Shown here one piece after another: positions 8,925 through 17,678 of a stretch of DNA of 64,000 nt. The notes under the pieces are model-generated. The model was not told the origin of the DNA, did not search any database, and saw only the letters and a program-made list of their open reading frames with translations. The stretch comes from Trebonia sp. (lineage in GTDB: Bacteria; Actinomycetota; Actinomycetes; Streptosporangiales; Streptosporangiaceae): positions 569-64,568 of the forward strand of contig NZ_JASIAL010000203.1 of the NCBI RefSeq assembly GCF_030042015.1, in the 5' to 3' direction. The translations under genes were made by a program, and so were the position numbers. Numbering within the stretch: the first letter of the stretch is position 1; each line of letters begins with the position of its first letter.

Positions 8925-9851
8925 TCAGTAGCTGATCGTCGGCCGGAGAAACTCAGAAGCCGCGCAGAACCGCTCGAACCGGTCCTCCGCCGGTGCCATC
9001 CCGGCCAGCCGGGATAGGCACGCGAACCAGTTCCGCAGGAAGTAGTCCCAGCCGTCGAATACCTGGACACCGCGCCCGCTCTGCGCGCGGGCGTGCTGCA
9101 GGAAACGCAGGTCGCCCCGGTAGTTCAAGTCCCAGGCAATCGAGTCCGCGGGCAGGGTGACGTCGCCGGATATCGGCGAGCCCGCGATGTCCTTGCCCAG
9201 CCCCGTGGCGTTGACGAGCAGGCTTCCGGCCGGCGCGTGGCGGACCACGTCGTCGTTTTCGGCGCCGTCGCGGACCTCGGCGTGGACCCGGCCGGCCGTG
9301 TTCAGCAGCGCCTCGAGCCTGGCCTCCAGATCGGCCTTCACCTGGCCGTCGCGTTCGGTGATGGTTATTTTCGGAACGATGGCGCCGCCGAACCTGGCAC
9401 TCGCCAGTGCCACCGCGCGCCCGGCGCCGCCGCCGCCGAGAATGACCACTTCCCTGGCACGGGGCGGTTGACCGCCGGCCAGCAGCATCCGCGACAGCTC
9501 GCCCGCCAGCGCCATCATGTCCGGCGAGAACCCGGTCAGCGTGCCCGCCGCGATGGCTACGGCGCCGACCTCGCCGAGCGAGCACGCGTCGGGATCGAGG
9601 AAATCGAGTCCGTCCGCGAGGCACTCGAAGACCCGGACCTTGTGCGAGGTGACCTGCGCCCCCGCGCAGCGCTCGTCGTCTTTCATGCGGGCCAGGAAGT
9701 CCGCGTACCTGGGGCAGTCGCTGTGCAGCGGCATATCGACCCCGATGAGGGACGCGGACCACCCGATCGCTTTCATCCACGCGGGAAACGCCCTGTGCGA
9801 AGCCGAGCCGCGCGTCCTGACGCCGAGGAAGTAAACCCGTGCCGCAGCCAT
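8925..9851 (-). CDS. Shikimate dehydrogenase-like (AroE fold) oxidoreductase, substrate uncertain
   Basis: GAQVTSHK (variant of GxNVTxPxK), ILGGGGAGRA Rossmann motif, VNATGLG, WDLNYRG, DGWDYF. Confidence 0.8.
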   Translation of the reverse strand: MAAARVYFLGVRTRGSASHRAFPAWMKAIGWSASLIGVDMPLHSDCPRYADFLARMKDDERCAGAQVTSHKVRVFECLADGLDFLDPDACSLGEVGAVAIAAGTLTGFSPDMMALAGELSRMLLAGGQPPRAREVVILGGGGAGRAVALASARFGGAIVPKITITERDGQVKADLEARLEALLNTAGRVHAEVRDGAENDDVVRHAPAGSLLVNATGLGKDIAGSPISGDVTLPADSIAWDLNYRGDLRFLQHARAQSGRGVQVFDGWDYFLRNWFACLSRLAGMAPAEDRFERFCAASEFLRPTISY

Positions 9852-9893
9852 CAGCCAGCCCGCTGCCCCGCGGCCGCCGGGTACCGGCCGCAC

Positions 9894-11570
9894 TCAGACA
9901 TCGCCAAGCTTGCCCACCCGTCCATAGTCATCTGAGGAGCGCTCGACGTCGAATACCTTGTCGTAGAATCCGAAGCCGATCTCGAGCAGCCGCACGGTAT
10001 TGCGATAGGCGGCGAACCTGTGCCGTACGCCCCTCGGCACGGCGATGTATTCGCCCTCGGCCAGCAGCACGGCATCGATCACGTCGCCTTCGTCGCTGTC
10101 GAACTCAAAGCCGACGTCGCCGTCCACCACGACGAAGAGCTCATCGCGGACCGAATGACTTTGGTAGCTGAGGCGGTGCCCGGCGCGAATCGACAGCAGG
10201 CGGGCCGAGCACCACGCCTGGTCGGCCAGGACCTCGACGGTTCCCCACGGGCGCTGCTCGACCGTGATGTCCTGGGTGCGGTCGTACATGGGCAGGTGGC
10301 GGACGATCGAGGAAGTGGCCTGGGTCCACCCCCAGGGGAAGAAAATGTCATGCCGGTCTGTCCTGGCGGCGGCTATCAGGTGGTTCGGCGCGATTCCCGA
10401 CGGAATCGCGCCGGTGGCCAGGTCCTGGAAGGCGACGAGGACCGCCCAGTAAATGTCGGCGCTCGGCCACTCGGCCCGCACGTGCTCCTCCGCGAGCTGC
10501 AGCGTCCGGCCGGTGAAGCTGATGCTGTCTACCACGATGATCTTCTCGTAGTTGACCTTGGGATCGGTGAGGGCCGGCCGCTCGGCGTGCCTGTCTATCC
10601 ACCTGATGTTGGCGCCGCGCACGGTGATCTGGATGCTGTCGGGCTCGCGGTTGTCTGGCGACCGCAGGTAGCGGTGGATCCTCTTCTCCACCTCGCTGCC
10701 ACCCGGCGCGGCAGGATCGTGGATATAGACGAGCAGCGTGCGCTGCCGCCATTCGTCGCAAACCACCCTTATCTGCTGGGCGAGCCGCTGGATGAGCTGG
10801 TCGGAGTACGTTATGTCGGCGGGCAGCTTCGAGCGCACCTGTTCATTGATGCGCCGGATGCTGTCGTGCGCGATGGGCTTCAGTGCCAGGCGCGCCGTTT
10901 CCAGCGCGAGCTCGCGGAAGAACGCGTCATACGAGGCGTCGGCACCGTCGATTATCCGCACGTGATGGCGGGATTGCAGCTGCCTTACCGTATCGGTGTC
11001 CGGTGGGTTCGCCGCGGCCCACCAGATGACCGAGGCATCGGATCGCATTATGGAATCGACGTCAGCGCCCTTGCCAACCGGGCCGATCCAGATAAGGTCA
11101 GAGCTCCTGATGACAGCCTTCAGTGAATTACGCAGCCCCGAGGCCAGGGGCGCGTCGATTCTGCAGTGCCCGGCGCTGCGTCCTATGATGTCTCCCCTGA
11201 GCTTGACCAGCCTCACCTTCGGCTCGTCGAATTGCAGCGCCTGCTCCAGGTAAGAATCATTGTGCTCGCCCCGCACCAGCCGCAGGTACTTGCCGGCCGG
11301 GACCCGGTTGGCAACAGCGCGCTCCAGGGAATTACCCGCGCCGAGCTCAAGGACGGCGGTGATGAAGCCCTGCCCGATGAGCTCGCCGAGATAATTGTCG
11401 CCCGGCGTGGGATCGCGATCCCAGATCGCCTTGTTCTTCGCGATGATATCGACGTCGCTCTGGCCGGCCTGGGGGATCCACGGATCGTTCGCAAGCACTA
11501 CTATCGGGGCACGCTGGTTGTGCGCGTGGCGCTCAACAAGCGTCTCGGCCAGCTCAGATATTTGGCTCAT
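9894..11570 (-). CDS. Three-domain protein: degenerate SIR2-like + type I phosphoribosyltransferase + cupin (mannose-6-phosphate isomerase type II-like)
   Basis: N-term PTPGDNYLGELIGQGFITAVL...LVKLRGD...DLIWIG...VIWW...YDAFF; middle IIVVDSISFTGRTL and IFFPW; C-term RPWG...RLSYQSHSVRDELFVV...PRGVRHR. Confidence 0.7.
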   Translation of the reverse strand: MSQISELAETLVERHAHNQRAPIVVLANDPWIPQAGQSDVDIIAKNKAIWDRDPTPGDNYLGELIGQGFITAVLELGAGNSLERAVANRVPAGKYLRLVRGEHNDSYLEQALQFDEPKVRLVKLRGDIIGRSAGHCRIDAPLASGLRNSLKAVIRSSDLIWIGPVGKGADVDSIMRSDASVIWWAAANPPDTDTVRQLQSRHHVRIIDGADASYDAFFRELALETARLALKPIAHDSIRRINEQVRSKLPADITYSDQLIQRLAQQIRVVCDEWRQRTLLVYIHDPAAPGGSEVEKRIHRYLRSPDNREPDSIQITVRGANIRWIDRHAERPALTDPKVNYEKIIVVDSISFTGRTLQLAEEHVRAEWPSADIYWAVLVAFQDLATGAIPSGIAPNHLIAAARTDRHDIFFPWGWTQATSSIVRHLPMYDRTQDITVEQRPWGTVEVLADQAWCSARLLSIRAGHRLSYQSHSVRDELFVVVDGDVGFEFDSDEGDVIDAVLLAEGEYIAVPRGVRHRFAAYRNTVRLLEIGFGFYDKVFDVERSSDDYGRVGKLGDV

Positions 11571-11761
11571 CCCGGACGAATCCTCGATTGCGGCGCGCGC
11601 GCGCAGCCGCCGACGGCCGGCGGTCGCTCGATTCTAGTGCAGACCACCGCGAACCGGCCTTTTGCACTGAAGGCCGGGCCTCAGCGGGACCGCAGTACCT
11701 GGACAGCGGCTTCAGAACCACCTCATAGGGTCTATCTATCCTCCGCTGTGCTTGATGCCCG

Positions 11762-12397
11762 ATGCTTGCAAGCGTGGGCAGAATCGACTCCACCACCGCG
11801 CTGTGGTACGCCAGCCGCGCCACCGGCGTGGTCGCGCTGCTGCTGCTGACGGCGGTGATGCTGCTCGGCCTGCTGGTGACCAGGCAGGGCCGGCTGCCCG
11901 GCCTGCCCCGGTTCGCGGTCACCGGCCTGCACCGCAACCTGTCGCTGCTCGCCGTCGCGTTCGTCGCGGTGCACGTGCTGACCGCGGTCGTGGACGGCTA
12001 CGTGGACATCCCGCTCACCGCCGCGATCATCCCGCTAGCCTCTCCCTATGAGCGGCTCGAGCTCGGGCTCGGCGCGGTCAGCCTGGACATCACGATCGCG
12101 GTGATCGTGACCAGCCTGCTGCGCCGCCACCTCAGCCGCCGGGTGTGGCGCGGCGTGCACCTGCTCGCCTATGCCAGCTGGCCGGTCGCCTGGCTGCACA
12201 GCATCACCGCGAGCGCCGACATGCTGCACAGCTGGATGCTCGCGGTCTCCGTCGGGTCCGCGCTGGCCGTCGTCATCGCGCTCAGCTGGCGGCTGGCCGC
12301 CGCCGCGCGCGACGTGCCGCGCGCCGAGCGGGTCGGCCTGCTGATGTCCGCGGTGCACGAAGCCACCCGCGGACGGGAACGGACCACCCGCCGATGA
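11762..12397 (+). CDS. Ferric reductase-like transmembrane (heme b) protein
   Basis: LWYASRATG, GLHRNLSLL...VHVLT, WRGVHLLAYASWPVAWLHS with conserved His residues. Confidence 0.88.
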   Translation: MLASVGRIDSTTALWYASRATGVVALLLLTAVMLLGLLVTRQGRLPGLPRFAVTGLHRNLSLLAVAFVAVHVLTAVVDGYVDIPLTAAIIPLASPYERLELGLGAVSLDITIAVIVTSLLRRHLSRRVWRGVHLLAYASWPVAWLHSITASADMLHSWMLAVSVGSALAVVIALSWRLAAAARDVPRAERVGLLMSAVHEATRGRERTTRR

Positions 12398-13704
12398 CCG
12401 CGGCCACCCAGGGTGCGAGCGCAGAAGGCACGGCCACCGACCTGCCCCGGCTGCTGCCGGCGAGCCAGCAGCCGCAGGACTGGTCCGCGCACCACGCGCG
12501 GTTCGGCCCGATCCCGTACCGCGGCGCACCGGCCCGCCTGATCCCCGACCTGCGGGACGCCGGCCTGACCGGGCGGGGCGGCGCCGCGTTCCCCGTGCAC
12601 CGCAAGCTCGCCGCCGTCCTCGACGCGGCGACATCGCGGCGGAAGACCCCCGTCGTGATCGCCAACGGCGCGGAGAGCGAGCCTGCCAGCGACAAGGACG
12701 CCACGCTGCTGTGGCTGGCCCCGCACCTGGTGCTCGACGGCCTGCAGCTGGCCGCCGAGGCGGCCGGCGCCGACCAGGCGATCCTCTACACCCACGCCGA
12801 ACGCCGGGAGGATGTCGGCAGGCGGCTGCGGCAGGCCCTCATGCAGCGCCGCGCGGCCGGCGTCGAGCGCGTCCCCGTCGAGCTGGCCGAGGCGCCGCCG
12901 CGGTTCCTGTCCGGTCAGGAGACCGCGGTGATCAACCACATCGGCGGCGGCCCCGCCATCCCGACCTTCATGCCGCCCCGGGTCACCGAACGCGGCCTTG
13001 AGGGCGCCCCGACCCTGGTCCAGAACGTCGAGACGCTTGCCCACCTGGCGCTGATCGCCCGGCGCGGGCCGCGCTGGTTCCGCCAGCTGGGCACCGCGGC
13101 CGAGCCGGGCTCGACGCTGTGCACGATCCGCCGCGCCGACCGGACGCCGCACGTCACCGAGGTCCCGCTCGGCATGCCGCTGCGCGACCTGCTCGGCCCG
13201 CTCCCGCAAGACGGCGCGGTGCTCATCGGCGGCTACCACGGCAGCTGGGTGCCTGCCGGGCAAGCCGTGCGGCTGACGCTGGACAACCAGTCGCTCGGCG
13301 CGGTCGGCGCCCGCGTCGGCGCCGGGATCGTGATCACCCTTCCGCAGGCTAGCTGCGGGCTGGCCGAGACGGCCAGGACCGTTCGGTATCTGGCTCTTGA
13401 ATCGGCCGGTCAGTGCGGCCCCTGCCTGAACGGGCTGCCGCGGATCGCGGCCGCCCTCGTCGAGCTCGCGGGGGCCCGCCCGCGGCGGCAGGCGCGCGCG
13501 GACGTGGAGCGCTGGGCCGGACTTGTCACCGGCCGCGGCGCGTGCCACCACCCGGACGGCACGGCGCGGTTCGTGCGCAGCGCGCTGATCACGTTCGCGG
13601 CCGAGCTCGACCGGCACGAGCGAGGCCGCTGCAGCGGGACCAGCCGGCAGCCGTTCCTGCCGGTCCCGCCCGGTCAGGCACGCACGGAAGAGGACTGGAC
13701 GTGA
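12394..13704 (+). CDS. NuoF-like flavin/Fe-S oxidoreductase
   Basis: GLTGRGGAAFP, ANGAESEPASDKD, FLSGQETA, QNVETL, ESAGQCGPCLNG, GRGACHHPDG; ATGA overlap with the upstream gene. Confidence 0.9.
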   Translation: MTAATQGASAEGTATDLPRLLPASQQPQDWSAHHARFGPIPYRGAPARLIPDLRDAGLTGRGGAAFPVHRKLAAVLDAATSRRKTPVVIANGAESEPASDKDATLLWLAPHLVLDGLQLAAEAAGADQAILYTHAERREDVGRRLRQALMQRRAAGVERVPVELAEAPPRFLSGQETAVINHIGGGPAIPTFMPPRVTERGLEGAPTLVQNVETLAHLALIARRGPRWFRQLGTAAEPGSTLCTIRRADRTPHVTEVPLGMPLRDLLGPLPQDGAVLIGGYHGSWVPAGQAVRLTLDNQSLGAVGARVGAGIVITLPQASCGLAETARTVRYLALESAGQCGPCLNGLPRIAAALVELAGARPRRQARADVERWAGLVTGRGACHHPDGTARFVRSALITFAAELDRHERGRCSGTSRQPFLPVPPGQARTEEDWT

Positions 13705-13901
13705 GCGAGCGGCTGGTGGTCAACCCGATCGACTGCGCGGGCCACGGGGCGTGCGCCGAGCTGCTGCCCGAGATGATCACGCTGGACGAGTGGGGGTACC
13801 CGATCATCGACGGCCGCCCGGTCCCGCCGGCTCTCGACAAGGACGCGCGCGCCGCGGTCAGCGCCTGCCCGACGCTCGCGCTGCGGCTGCTGCGCTCGTA
13901 A
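13701..13901 (+). CDS. Ferredoxin
   Basis: GTGA overlap; CAGHGACAELLP...ACPTLAL; 66 aa. Confidence 0.9.
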   Translation: MSERLVVNPIDCAGHGACAELLPEMITLDEWGYPIIDGRPVPPALDKDARAAVSACPTLALRLLRS

Positions 13902-13968
13902 AGACCAGTCATGATCCCGAACGGTCCGTGGCGTCTGCCCACCCGCACGCCCGGGCCGTTCGTCGTGC

Positions 13969-14015
13969 TTGACGCTCCCAACTGAACGTACCTATATTAT
14001 GAGAGTAGCTTCCAT
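13969..14015 (+). promoter_or_regulatory. Sigma-70-type promoter and likely TetR operator of the MFS-TetR operon
   Basis: TTGACG (13969-13974), 18 nt, TATATT (13993-13998), then imperfect palindrome ATGAGAG-TAG-CTTCCAT (13999-14015). Confidence 0.6.
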
Positions 14016-14047
14016 TTAAGTGTTACAGCCGAAAGGCGGTGACTCCC

Positions 14048-15634
14048 ATGACGGACTCCTCGCGTCGCTGGTGGGCGATGGCCGCGATCTCGGTGAGCGT
14101 GCTGGTTGTCGGGCTTGACCTGACCGTGCTCAGCCTGGCGCTGCCGACGATCGCCGCGACGATGCACGCGACAACGGGCGACCTGCAGTGGATCGCCGAC
14201 TCCTACGCCCTGGTGATCGCCGCGATGATCCTGCCCGCCGGGCTGCTCGGCGACCGCTACGGTCGGAAGAGAGTGCTGCTCATCGCCCTCGTGCTGTTCG
14301 TCGCGAGCTCAGTGTGGTGCGCTTACTCGCCCAGCGTCGGCGAGCTGATCGCGGCCCGCGCGGTGCTCGGCATCGGCGCCGCCGCGGTGCTCCCGATGGC
14401 GATCTCGGTGCTGCCCGTGATGTTCGGCGAGGAGGAGCGGCAGAAGGCGATCGCCGTGATGGCGGGGGCCATCTTCGTCAGTTACCCCATCGGGCCGATC
14501 CTCGGCGGCTTCCTGCTCGACCACTTCTGGTGGGGCTCGGTCTTCCTGATCAACGTGCCGATCGTGGCGATCGCGCTCGTCGCCGTGACGTTCCTGCTGC
14601 CGGAGTCGCGGGCCGCCAGCCGGCCCGGCCTGGACCCCCAGGGCGTCGTGATCTCGAGCGCCGGGCTGGCCGTTCTCACGTACGGGTTCATCAGGGCAGG
14701 CCAGAGCGGCTGGACCGACGCCCTGGCGCTGGCCACGATGGTGGCGGGAGCGGCCATCCTGGCCGGCTTCGTCTGGTGGGAGCGTTTCGCCGCCCGGCGG
14801 AGCGGGAGCCAGCCGCTCGTCGACATGACGCTGTTCCGGGTGGCCGGCTTCCGCTGGGGGACGCTGCTGATGACGTTCGTCTCGTTCGCGATGTTCGGCC
14901 TGTTCTTCGCCGCGCCGCAGTACTTCCAGGACGTGCGGGGGGCGACGCCGCTCGGCAGCGGGCTGCGGCTGCTGCCGCTGATCGGCGGGATGCTCGCCGG
15001 GATGGCGGCGGCCAGCAGGCTGACCGCCGCGGCTAAGCTGCCCGACGGCACGCTCGGCAACCCGCGGCTCAACGCGAAGCTCGCGGTCGCGGCCGGCTTC
15101 CTCATCATGGCCGCCGGCCTGGCGGTCGGCGCGTGCACCGGCCTGGGGTCCTCGACGGGCTTCGCGGCGCTGTGGGTCGCGGTGACCGGCCTCGGCCTCG
15201 GCGTCGCGATGCCGGCCGCGATGAACGCCGCGGTGGGCCCGCTGACGCAGGAGCGCAGCGCGTCGGGCGGCGCGCTGATGACCGCGGTGCGCCAGGTGGG
15301 CGCGACGATCGGGGTCGCGGTGCTCGGCACCGTCATCAGCAACGGGTACACGAGCCGGCTGTCGCTGACCGGGCTGCCGTCGGCCACCGCGTCCGCGGTG
15401 CGCGGCAGCGTCGCCGGCGGCGTCGAGGTGGCCACCAAACTGGGGTCGGTTCCGCTGCTCGACGAGGTGCGCTCGGCGTTCATCCACGGGATGGACATCA
15501 TGCTCTGGACCTGCGGCGGGATCGCGATCGCCAGCGCGCTGCTTGCCCTGGCCTTCCTGCCCGGGCGGTCCGCGCCGCGGCCACCGGCGGCGACTGCCCC
15601 GCCGGAGCGCGACGAGGCACAATTGGGAGCGTGA
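14048..15634 (+). CDS. DHA2 (EmrB/QacA) MFS drug efflux transporter
   Basis: LDLTVLSLALP, GLLGDRYGRKR motif A, GPILGG, WGSVFLINVP; RBS GAAAGG upstream (alternative GTG start at 14039). Confidence 0.92.
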   Translation: MTDSSRRWWAMAAISVSVLVVGLDLTVLSLALPTIAATMHATTGDLQWIADSYALVIAAMILPAGLLGDRYGRKRVLLIALVLFVASSVWCAYSPSVGELIAARAVLGIGAAAVLPMAISVLPVMFGEEERQKAIAVMAGAIFVSYPIGPILGGFLLDHFWWGSVFLINVPIVAIALVAVTFLLPESRAASRPGLDPQGVVISSAGLAVLTYGFIRAGQSGWTDALALATMVAGAAILAGFVWWERFAARRSGSQPLVDMTLFRVAGFRWGTLLMTFVSFAMFGLFFAAPQYFQDVRGATPLGSGLRLLPLIGGMLAGMAAASRLTAAAKLPDGTLGNPRLNAKLAVAAGFLIMAAGLAVGACTGLGSSTGFAALWVAVTGLGLGVAMPAAMNAAVGPLTQERSASGGALMTAVRQVGATIGVAVLGTVISNGYTSRLSLTGLPSATASAVRGSVAGGVEVATKLGSVPLLDEVRSAFIHGMDIMLWTCGGIAIASALLALAFLPGRSAPRPPAATAPPERDEAQLGA

Positions 15635-16239
15635 CGACAGTGCATCAGGCGAACTTCGGCGGCCTGCGGGAACGGAAGAAGGCGCGGACCCGGGCCGCGA
15701 TCAGGGAGCACGCGCTGCGGCTGTTCCGCGAGCAGGGCTATGAGTCCACCACGGTGGAGCAGATCGCCGCGGCCGCCGAAGTGTCGCCGTCCACGTTCTT
15801 CCGCTACTTCCCGACCAAAGAGGACGTGGTCCTGCGGGACGACTTCGACGACCGGATACTGGAGGCGTTCGGCCGGCAGCCGGCGTCGCTGACCCCGATC
15901 GCCGCGATCCGCGCGGCGCTGCGCGAGGCGATCGCGACGCTCACCCCCGCCGAATGGGAGGAGTTCCGCGAGGCGTCGGTGCTCGGCCTGACGGTGCCGG
16001 AGATCCGGGCGCGCACGCTCGACGAGCTGAGCAGGACGATCGACGTGATGGCCGGCGCGCTGGCCAAGCGCATCGGCCGGACGGCCGATGACCTGACCGT
16101 CCGCACATACGTCGGCGCCGTGTTCGGCGTGATGCTCTCGGTCCTGTCCCCGGCCGCCTGGGGCGCCGACGTGGGCGAGCAGACGTTCCAGCGGATGGAC
16201 GAGGCCCTAGCCCTCCTAGAATCCGGCCTGCCCCTGTAG
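15631..16239 (+). CDS. TetR family transcriptional regulator
   Basis: GLRERKKARTR...ALRLFREQGYESTTVEQIAAAAEVSPSTFFRYFPTKED; GTGA overlap with the MFS stop. Confidence 0.93.
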   Translation: MTTVHQANFGGLRERKKARTRAAIREHALRLFREQGYESTTVEQIAAAAEVSPSTFFRYFPTKEDVVLRDDFDDRILEAFGRQPASLTPIAAIRAALREAIATLTPAEWEEFREASVLGLTVPEIRARTLDELSRTIDVMAGALAKRIGRTADDLTVRTYVGAVFGVMLSVLSPAAWGADVGEQTFQRMDEALALLESGLPL

Positions 16240-16302
16240 GCCCGCGTCCCGGCCGCCTCCCCGCCTCCCCCCGGCCGCCTCCCCGCGAGCCCTCCCTCCC
16301 TC

Positions 16303-16417
16303 GTCACACCAGCCCCTGGCGTGCAACTTTGCACACTCTGTGACCTTTTGTGGGTCCGTTTTGGGCGATTTGTCCATGCAAGGAGTGTGCGAAGTGGGCA
16401 GGTGGTGCTGGTGTGAC
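16303..16417. repeat. Long imperfect intergenic inverted repeat (REP/MITE-like or structured RNA)
   Basis: GTCACACCAGC (16303-16313) pairs with GCTGGTGTGAC (16407-16417); ACTTTGCACACTC (16326-16338) pairs with GAGTGTGCGAAGT (16383-16395) with one G-U pair. Confidence 0.65.
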
Positions 16418-16541
16418 ATCGCTGCGCGGAGGCTCTTGCTGCTACCAGCACCCGCGGATCCCATATATCCCGCGGATACCATGTGTCCCGCGGCTCTCAC
16501 GCGCCGCCCGTCATCGTGCCGTGCCGCGCCGCCGGGAATGT

Positions 16542-16551
16542 TGAATATTCA
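16542..16551. promoter_or_regulatory. Palindromic operator candidate upstream of pirin
   Basis: Perfect AT-rich palindrome TGAATATTCA about 70 bp before the pirin ATG. Confidence 0.4.
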
Positions 16552-16623
16552 TCTATCGTTGCCGCTTATGACTGCCCGGTTACCGGGTATGACAATTCGG
16601 GCCAACGAACGAGGAGCGCCATC

Positions 16624-17622
16624 ATGCCAGCCGTCACGGTCGAAAATCTGCTGGTCCTGCCGCGGGTCACCGAACCTGGCCCGCAGGCCGAACGCCCGGT
16701 GGTCAAGGTCACCACGGCGCCGTCGGGGGTCGAGGGGGAGGGCTTCCCGGTGCGCCGCGCCTTCGCCGGGGTCGACCTGAAGCAGCTCGACCCCTTCGTG
16801 CACATGGACCAGATGGGCGAGGTCGAGTACGCCCCGGGTGAGCCCAAGGGCACCCCGTGGCATCCGCACCGTGGCTTCGAGACCGTCACGTACATGATCG
16901 ACGGCGTGTTCAGGCACCAGGACTCCAACGGCGGCGGCGGCCTGATAACGAACGGCGACACGCAGTGGATGACCGCCGGCGGCGGCATCTTGCACATCGA
17001 GGAGCCGCCCGAGGACCTGGTCGCGAGCGGCGGCCTCTTCCACGGCTTCCAGCTGTGGGTCAACCTGCCCGCCAGGCTGAAGCTGACTCAGCCGCGCTAC
17101 CAGGACATCCGGGCCGGCCAGGTCGCGCTGCTGACCTCGCCCGACGGGGGCGCGCTGCTGCGGGTCATCGCCGGCCAGATCGGCGGGCACGCCGGCCCTG
17201 GCATCACGCACACGCCGATCACGCTGGTGCACGCCACGGTCTCGCCCGGCGCCCGGGTCCGGATCCCCTGGCGCGCGGACTTCAACGCGCTCGGCTACGT
17301 GCTGGCCGGCGCGGGCTCGGCCGGCGCGGAGCACCGGCCGGTGCGGACCGGCCAGCTCGCGGTGTTCGGGCCCGGCGAGTCGATCACGGTCGCCGCGGAC
17401 ACGAAGATGGACGGTCCCAGCCCGTCACTTGACGTCCTGCTGCTCGGCGGCGAGCCGATCCGCGAGCCGGTGGCGGCGTACGGCCCGTTCGTGATGAACA
17501 CCCGCGCCGAGCTGGTGCAGGCGTTCGAGGACTACCAGGCGGGCCGCCTGGGCACGATCCCCGCCCAGCCGGCGAGCGCGATCGTCCCGCAGGAGCCGCA
17601 CCCCGGTCACGACGTTCTCTAG
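16624..17622 (+). CDS. Pirin family protein
   Basis: LDPFVHMDQMG, WHPHRGFETVTY, QWMTAGGGILHIE, GFQLWVNLP, YGPFVMNT; RBS GAGGAG. Confidence 0.95.
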   Translation: MPAVTVENLLVLPRVTEPGPQAERPVVKVTTAPSGVEGEGFPVRRAFAGVDLKQLDPFVHMDQMGEVEYAPGEPKGTPWHPHRGFETVTYMIDGVFRHQDSNGGGGLITNGDTQWMTAGGGILHIEEPPEDLVASGGLFHGFQLWVNLPARLKLTQPRYQDIRAGQVALLTSPDGGALLRVIAGQIGGHAGPGITHTPITLVHATVSPGARVRIPWRADFNALGYVLAGAGSAGAEHRPVRTGQLAVFGPGESITVAADTKMDGPSPSLDVLLLGGEPIREPVAAYGPFVMNTRAELVQAFEDYQAGRLGTIPAQPASAIVPQEPHPGHDVL

Positions 17623-17678
17623 CCGTGCCACTCGCGTTCGACGCTGGTGGTCACGGTTTGCCCAGGTGCCAGCTCGCT

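Noticed and set aside
8925-9851. Housekeeping aroE
   Set aside because: The N-terminal substrate motif (SxSP) is absent, GxNVTxPxK is altered, and no aro genes are adjacent; kept as AroE-like only.
12394-13704. nuoF of respiratory complex I
   Set aside because: No other nuo genes nearby; the context (ferric reductase-like protein and ferredoxin) indicates a stand-alone paralog.
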